Translations under genes and position numbers: made by a program
From: Cyanophora paradoxa CCMP329
Lineage: Eukaryota > Plantae > Glaucophyta
Reading direction: 5' to 3'
Assembly: GCA_004431415.1 (NCBI GenBank)
Contig: QPMI01000666.1
Span: 75,118 to 139,117, forward strand
Length of the DNA: 64,000 bases
Notes under the pieces: generated by a model
Database searches by the model: none
The model's input: only the letters and a program-made list of their open reading frames with translations
What the model was told of the DNA's origin: nothing
In this document: positions 57,828 to 64,000 of the stretch, piece by piece
Layout of the letters: each line of letters begins with the position of its first letter
Position numbering within the stretch: the first letter of the stretch is position 1

Positions 57828-58301
57828 ATGGCCCTTGTTGCCCAGTTCTTCGTCGAGGAATACACCGTGCGCGTGATCGGCGAGCCCATTGACCGCGAGG
57901 TGGAAGTTCTCAAGGACGGCAAAGTAGACGACTGCAAGGACTGCCCCGGTAAGATCCTCCTCATGAAGCTCTCCGACGATGGCTTCTCCTTCACCCTGGT
58001 CTCCTGCGCCAAGACCCAAACCGGACAGACGGCCTACATCGTGACCTTCTCCGCGGGGCGCCTGAACTGCACGCATGTTCAAGTACCCGAGTGGGCCTCG
58101 TTCTGCGCGGCGATCTCTCCCTCAGGCCGCTCCCTCGCCTACACATTCTTTGAGGGGTATCAGTGCAACATCTGGGTCTTGCGGAGGCAGATGGGCTCCC
58201 CCCAGATGAAGGTCGATCAGCTGCACCAGCAGTGCGGCTACCCCTTTAGCCTTGACGATAGGATGATTTCCTTTGATCTTGATGGCTCTGTATCCCTCTG
58301 A
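57828..58301 (+). CDS. Viral hypothetical protein
   Basis: 157-aa intronless ORF after a TATA/Inr-like layout. Confidence 0.7.
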   Translation: MALVAQFFVEEYTVRVIGEPIDREVEVLKDGKVDDCKDCPGKILLMKLSDDGFSFTLVSCAKTQTGQTAYIVTFSAGRLNCTHVQVPEWASFCAAISPSGRSLAYTFFEGYQCNIWVLRRQMGSPQMKVDQLHQQCGYPFSLDDRMISFDLDGSVSL

Positions 58302-58408
58302 AATTGAACGCGTGTTTTCTGACTTCGTCTGAAGCTCACCTGACGCGGGGCCTTAAGAGGGGCACGGGGCCTCGGTTCCTCACACTTTAACCGTAAGCCA
58401 ACGAGAGA

Positions 58409-58698
58409 ATGTGCGCCCCAAGTACTTCACCTGCTGCCTGACCTTCGGCATCTTCGAGTACGAGGCCATGGAAGAGGATCTGGACGAGAACGGCGAGATC
58501 TGCTTCAACTACTGCAGGCTGCTGCGCAACATCTCGCTGGAGTGCCGCAAGGGCGACTGCTTCCAGCACATCATGCTCAATCCCGCCAAGAACGAGATCA
58601 CCCTGTACGCCGTCGCCTGCCCCAGCGCCAGATTTAGACTCTCGAATATTCGCGTAGCCGCGATCGAAGCCCTTCCCCTCCCCAGTGAGACGAATTGA
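58409..58698 (+). CDS. Small Cys-rich viral protein (probable 5' frameshift)
   Basis: ATG 58409 is out of frame with the body KYFTCCLTFG...; promoter layout upstream. Confidence 0.55.
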
Positions 58699-58802
58699 AC
58701 ACGTGTTTTACCTGAATCACCCGAGCGCTCAGCTGAAGTCAGGTGGGGCGCCCTTTAAATATTTTCTAGCGCTAGGCTGATCGCACACTAAGCTCAGACA
58801 AC

Positions 58803-59580
58803 ATGGCCACCGTCCGCAACGCCAACGAGATCGACCCCGCCAAGCTCGCCTTCGAGATCGACGCCACCGGCCGCATCAAGGCCAAGTACGACGGCCTGCA
58901 GGGCCTCATGATGTACGCGCCGCCCATGGTCACCATCAACCCCTGCATCAACACAGAGCAAGGCAAGGCGTGGAGCGACGAGAAGAAGGCCTTCGTCATG
59001 GAAGAAAACGGCGGATTCTACACGCTGGACCTCACCGATCTCAGCGCCGTCGACGGCCAGACGAACCCCGCCGCGGACGAGTTCCTCAAGCTGCTCGAGG
59101 CCCTGGACGCGAAATTCTGCGAGTTCGTGCAGCAGAACCAGGCCAAGCTCAAGGTCTCGCCCGGCCGCTCCTCTCCAAGGACCAGATCTCGGTGCTGCAG
59201 ACCCCCAGCGTGCGCATCAAGGTCGACAAGGAGTCGGGCCAGGCTTCTACAAGTACCTCAACATGCGCATCCGCACCCAGACGATGGCGGGCAAGCGCAA
59301 GACCATCCCGTCGTCGACATGTCCAACTACCTCATCACCGAGCGCGCCACCATCGGCACCGGCGACCTGGTGGCCGCCCTCGTCAAAATCGACACCGCCT
59401 ACGCCATCCCCGAGGGCAAGTTCGGCCTCAAGTGGTCCTTCCTCGCCGTGCAGCAGTGCAAGGTCGGCGCCTTTCGCTTCGCCGGCGCGCCCCCGAGCTG
59501 GCCTTCAAGCCTACGACAACGAGGCCGATTTCGAGCCCTACCTAAACCCCGAGTCTATGTACGCAGCCCCCATGCAGTAG
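58803..59580 (+). CDS. NCLDV-type (DUF2738/T7 gp2.5-like) single-stranded DNA-binding protein, frameshifted
   Basis: YAPPMV...YTLDL...FLKLLEALD..F; IGTGDLVAALVKID....GKFGLKWSFLAVQ; acidic/aromatic tail. Confidence 0.7.
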
Positions 59581-59633
59581 CTCGGACGAATAAATTGTGA
59601 ATTTTTGGTGCAATTGATTACAAGCTTTTACAC

Positions 59634-60436
59634 TCAAAGGCCGTTGAACTTGCCGCCCACCGCCTTGGGCTCCGCCGCCGTCGAGGCCGCCGCCTCCGTC
59701 ACCTCCTTCATCACCTCCGGGTTCGCGTTCGCCGCGTGCACCGCCAGCACCGTCTGCACCAGGGCCATCCCCAGGCGCGCCTCGGGCCCCAGGGTCACGT
59801 AGCGCGAGTACTTAATCACCAGCTCCTCTAAGATCGGCTGCACCTGGTCCATCGAAGAGAGCGTCGCCTGCCCGAGCCCGTCGAGCTTCAGGCCGATCGG
59901 ATCGTACGCCTTGTTCAGGTGCTCCAGCGAGTGCATGCCCGCGATCAGAAAGAGGCGCGCCGCCTCCAGCGAACCCCGCGTGCTCAGCTCGCGCTGAATC
60001 TCCTCGTACTCTTCCTTCAGCTCGTCCAGCGGCGTCGCCAGGCTCAGCTTCTTCGTGGACGTAAGCTCGCCCCGAACGAGCGCCTGTACTGCGCGATCTG
60101 CCGCAGAACCTGCTTCTTCTCGTCCACGTCCACCTGCGCCTCGTCGCGCGGCCTCTCCTGCAGGTCGATCCCCAGCGCCTTCTTCACGCTCTGCTCCTTC
60201 TTCTTCGTCATTTCGATGTGCTCCTGCACGCTGAAGCTCGCCCCCTTGCTCGGCGCCGTCGGCGGCACCGTGGGCCCGTCGCCCGGCAGCGCCGTCTTGT
60301 CGGCCTTCGGCGCCTTCTCGCCCTTTTCCTTGCCCTCCTTCGCGGGGCGGCCCTTCTTCCGGGGCTGCGGGATTCCCACGGGGTTCGGCCCGTCCACGGC
60401 CAGCGCCTCGAAGCCAAGCATCGCCGAGGGGTCCAT
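59634..60436 (-). CDS. DUF5767-like conserved NCLDV protein (one frameshift ~60060)
   Basis: LDELKEEYEEI...LIAGMHSLEHLNKAYDPIGLKLDGL...ILEELVIKY...GPEARLGMALV...VHAAN. Confidence 0.65.
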
Positions 60437-60465
60437 CCTTTACGCCTGCCCCTTAGAAATATTTT

Positions 60466-60793
60466 TCACTCCGAGGTCAGCTCGACGAAGAGCTCGATGT
60501 AAAGCCAGAGCTTTTCGCGCAGCTCGGGCCCGCTGCCGTAGAATAGCGAGCGCACGGCCGAGGCGTACTCCTGCGGCAGCCTCTCGAAAACCGAGTCGTC
60601 CTTCGCCTTGATCAATTCCGCCTCCGCGTTGATGTGCCTCCTGAACAGAACGATGACCGCCGTGGCCCTATGCCGCGCAGCGACTGGATCTGCGCCCGCA
60701 CCCCGGGCTCCTTGGCCTCCGGCTCCAGCAGGTCGAGGAAGCGGCCCAGCGCGCCTCGATCTGCTCGCCCAGCGTCGCCTCCGTCGCAGCCAT
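60466..60793 (-). CDS. Viral hypothetical protein (frameshifted)
   Basis: MAATEATLGEQIE...LFRRHINAEAELIKAKDDSVFE...REKLWLYIELFVEL*; not assembled by the ORF track. Confidence 0.55.
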
Positions 60794-60815
60794 GTGCTCG
60801 CGTGGGCCTCAGAAA

Positions 60816-61934
60816 TTACTGACCGAGTCGGAGCGCCTGGGCTGCTTGGTCGAACATCTCCGCCTTCCGGGCGTTCGTTTCCGCAAGCATGGCAATCTGG
60901 TTGTTCTCCGTGTTCCGGACGATGGACTGGAAGGCTGTCTGAATTGCAGTCTGCGATGCAGCGGACATACCTGCCACCGTTCCTTTAGCGCGGAGCTCTA
61001 GCATGCGTCCTTTCTGGAACGGCGTGGCAAGTTGATTGCCCTGCAGCGCAGGGAGCGGGTTGACGACGCGGGGCAGCAGGTTCTGGTCCGCGTAAGGCAT
61101 GGCCGTCGCAGGGCCGGGCCGCGCGTCCCCGCTGATCGAGGAGCATCGCCCCAAACGGATTGCCCCGGCTGAAGTCCACGTCGTTGCGGCCGTAGGGCTT
61201 GTTGACGGCGCTGCTGATGTTGGCCGTCTGCGCGTTGAACATGGGCGATAGATCGGGGGTGTAGCCCGCGCGCAGCCCCTGGGGGTTCGCCTCCGTCTGC
61301 CCGTAGCGGCCGGCCGGCCGAGCAGGTTCTCCTTCTCGATCTCTTCCATCGTCTTGATCCAGCCGCGCTCGCGCGCCCACTTCATGACGAGATCATCGTA
61401 GTTCATCGGGAAGAAAACCTTCTGGTACTTGTCGAAGCGCTGAATTTCGATATCCTGCTCGATCATGTTCGTAATTCGCTCCAGCAGCTCGGGGTAATAT
61501 TCCTCGAGCATTTTGGCGACGCCCGGCTGCTTCAGGTCGAAGGCCGTCATCGCCCACTGGTCGAAATCGCGAATCATGATTTCCTTCCGCAGGCTGAACG
61601 CGTTCTCCACGTCCTCCTCGTTGATCGTGCGACCGGGGTTCGCGTTCTGCAGCTGCTGTCGGATGCCCATCCGCATCAGCTTCTCCATCGAGGGCGTGTA
61701 CTTCATCGCGGGCAGGGTCTTCGTTTCCCCCCGCTGAGCCCAGGCCCCGCGCCTTGTCCTCGGGCGTGTAGACGTCTGCCTTCGTTCCATCTACGACGGG
61801 CACCTCGGGCATGATCGTGCCGGAAGGAACTTGTTCACGATGCCGTCCATGTCGGCCTTCAGGTCGTTCTTCAGCGCCTGGCGCTGCTTCTTAGAGCCCT
61901 CCCCAATGTCCATCATAGAGTGGCCCTTCGTCAT
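60816..61934 (-). CDS. Probable structural-module protein next to the capsid gene (frameshifted)
   Basis: Core FDQWAMTAFDLKQPGVAKMLEEYYPELLERITNMIEQDIEIQ...DDL..W...G.I, reminiscent of a conserved protein of small NCLDV relatives (from memory, unverified). Confidence 0.55.
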
Positions 61935-62012
61935 CGTGCCTCGGTTAGGATCCCAGTGGGAAAATTTATTGTTCACATCGGCCTACCAAGCACACCCTGG
62001 CTAACAAGCAAT

Positions 62013-63376
62013 CTAATGGAAGCGGCGGTAGGCGCCGCCGTTGGTGAAGGTGATCTCGTTGTAGTAGCGGCAGTAGATGTCGGCCACGGGCTTGTCCGCG
62101 CCGTAGGTCTTGAGCGTGGTGAGCGTGAGCTCGATGGTCTTGAAGGCGCCCATGTCGAGGCCGCCGAACATCTTGGTGTTGTCGGCCACGTCCGTGCCGA
62201 AGGGGAGCGAGTAGATGAACTCCGTCCCGAACTGGCCCACGTTGCGGGGCTGGATGTCGCTGCTGTGCCCGTCGTGGGTCGCGAGGGTCGTGGGGGCCGT
62301 GTCGTTGCCCGACCACGGGTGCGGGTGCAGCGCGTCGGCCACGTCGGCCGCCGCCGTCCCGTCCATCGAGGTCACGCCCCGCAGCAGCTCGAGGTGCTTG
62401 CGGGCGGGGGCGTGCGTGTGCTCCTTGTGCGCGATGGCCGTGCGCAAGAAGTGCGCGTCGTGGTTCGAGCTATCGAGCACCTTGATGTTGTCGCACTTCA
62501 GCTCGATCTTGTCGAGCGGGCGGAAGCGCCAGAAGTGCTCGCCGTTGTCGGTGTGCGGCTTGTCGCGCACCACGATGATCAGCTCGTAGCAGATTCCGGT
62601 GAAGGGCAGGCGGATGGCCTTGCCGGACTCGAACGAGACGTGGTAGTGCTGCACGTACTTGCGGCCCACGTGAACGAGTTCGGGTGCAGCGCCAGCTCGC
62701 GCGAGTCGATGTGCACGTAGCGCAGGATGAGCTTGGTGTCCAGGCTGACGGTGCTCGTCAGGTTGGTGTTGGTGTGCAGGCCGCCGTCCACGAAGGAGGC
62801 CGTCACTCCTTCTGCGAGGCGTACGTGATCTGCAGCTTCATGTCGTTTCCGGAGCAGCGGAGCTTGTGGAGCGGCACGGCGAACTTTCGACCGTGGCCCG
62901 TCGCGATGCGAATCGGTATGTACAGCGTGTTCGGGGCCTTGCCCCGGCGGCGCAGCGGCTGGTGCGCCCAGAGGTTGTTCACCATGTCGACGTGCTGGAC
63001 GACGGACTTGTCGTCCTCGACTCGCCGTAGATGGCGTCGTAATGGCCGTCGTACTCGTGGATCAGCTGCGCGCCCACGAAGATCTTCACCTTCTTGAGCA
63101 GCACGTAGCCGGCCTTCGGGATGTAGAAGTGGTCCGCGTTCGTCAGCGCCGCAGCGTCACTTGAGCCAGGAGTCGTTGAACATCGGCGCGAGTGCGGGAT
63201 GACGATGTCGACGGTCTGGCTGAAGCTCAGCCCGACTGCACGGGGCTCACCTCGAGCACCTCGTCCACGAACGGCATCGCCGTGTCGAAGGTCTCGTGCA
63301 CGTGCACCGACGCGTCGGAGCTGCGCAGCGAGTGGTGCAGGGCGGTCGAGGGGGTGGAGATGAGCGCGGAAGCCAT
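62013..63376 (-). CDS. Double-jelly-roll major capsid protein, NCLDV-like (several 1-nt frameshifts)
   Basis: SFSQTVDIVIP; GYVLLKKVKIFVGAQLIHEYDG; LYIPI...FAVPL; IRLPFTGICYELIIVVR; FIYSLPF...GGLDMG...IELTL; YYNEITFTNG. Confidence 0.85.
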
Positions 63377-63569
63377 GGTTTAGGGGTGCGTTGAGAAATT
63401 TTGTGGATGGGCGCCTATGCGTCCACAAACCTCCAAAAATCGATGTCGGGTCCGTCCCCGAGAAATAATCTCGTAGCAGCTGCGCAGGCACGTTGGCAAT
63501 AATCTGCCCGGGCACGCCTTGGCCGTGTGGTACCGGGAAATCGCAATTTCCGCGAAGCTCCCGAGGTCT

Positions 63570-64000
63570 CGTCATTGTTTCCGAAGCGCCTCTGTATGTC
63601 TTTGAGCGCCTTGCTGTAGGCACCCTGGATCTTCGCGCTCTTTGATCCTCAAACCACCTGCGCCGCTCCTCCGCGTCAGGGTTGCCCGCGAGAAACGCCG
63701 AAATCTGAGCTGCATCGGGGCCGACGTCCCATCGCTGTTTGCGGGCGGGAGGGGGCACGCTGGGGGGCGCACTGGGCCTGCGGCGGGTGCCGGCATCACC
63801 TCTCCCGTGGGGCCAATGTCCCACCGGCGCCTGCGTGTGCGCTCGCCGCCTCTCGAGTGCCCGTTTACGTACCTCAAGCGTCGCCTCTGCCTCCATCACG
63901 TCCGCCTGCAGCCGCTCCGTCTGGATGAACTCCGAAACGGTCGCGAGCTCGCTTTCGGGGGCCGCATCGGCCGCCACGTCGGTGATCAGCTGTCTGCGCG
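63570..64000 (-). CDS. 3' part of a further viral ORF entering from the right edge
   Basis: Open helical frame ELATVSEFIQTERLQADVMEAEATLEVRKR; end uncertain. Confidence 0.45.

Larger units (their letters stand above)
44400..64000. mobile_element. Endogenous small NCLDV-related DNA virus (mriyavirus/Yaravirus-like); left border approximate, continues past the right edge
   Basis: Switch to densely packed, nearly intronless ORFs; DJR capsid, SSB, DUF5767-like, YqaJ and UL9-like helicase genes; shared upstream motif. Confidence 0.85.

Noticed and set aside
44400-64000. Polinton/Maverick or virophage
   Set aside because: No protein-primed PolB, RVE integrase or cysteine protease is seen, and the capsid motifs look NCLDV-like; not fully excluded until the rest of the element is seen
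44400-64000. Bacterial prophage or contamination
   Set aside because: It has TATA/Inr-like promoters, a spliceosomal intron and an NCLDV-type MCP, and no terminase or tail genes

Overview
The window has two parts. About 1-44.1 kb is a compact, intron-rich nuclear genome of a GC-rich alga with a primary plastid. Introns are ~50-70 nt, many have GC-AG borders, and plastid presequences start MA(A)F/MSF, which best fits a glaucophyte such as Cyanophora (inference). Host genes: plastid-targeted enolase, an Expp1-like protein, a CPBP protease, CBP80, the ferredoxin-thioredoxin reductase catalytic subunit, eIF5A, Prp22, DIL- and GRAM-domain proteins, a small QCR10, RPP30, a large NHL/TRP-like membrane protein and Ccs1. 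There are also several dispersed repeat families. From ~44.4 kb to the window end lies a mostly intronless endogenous DNA virus that continues past 64 kb. It encodes an NCLDV-type double-jelly-roll major capsid protein, an NCLDV-type SSB, a DUF5767-like protein, a YqaJ exonuclease, a herpes UL9-like SF2 helicase and many small membrane proteins, resembling dwarf NCLDV relatives (mriyavirus/Yaravirus-like). Its most interesting features are: (1) AT-looped palindromes, one with a compensatory substitution, next to and bracketing the UL9-like helicase, suggesting an oriS/OBP-like replication module; (2) an element-wide upstream motif (~ATTTTCT) before about 18 start codons; (3) a nested inverted-repeat junction at 56.2-57.7 kb; (4) a host-style spliceosomal intron inside one gene. 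All family assignments come from motif recognition by eye, not from database searches.
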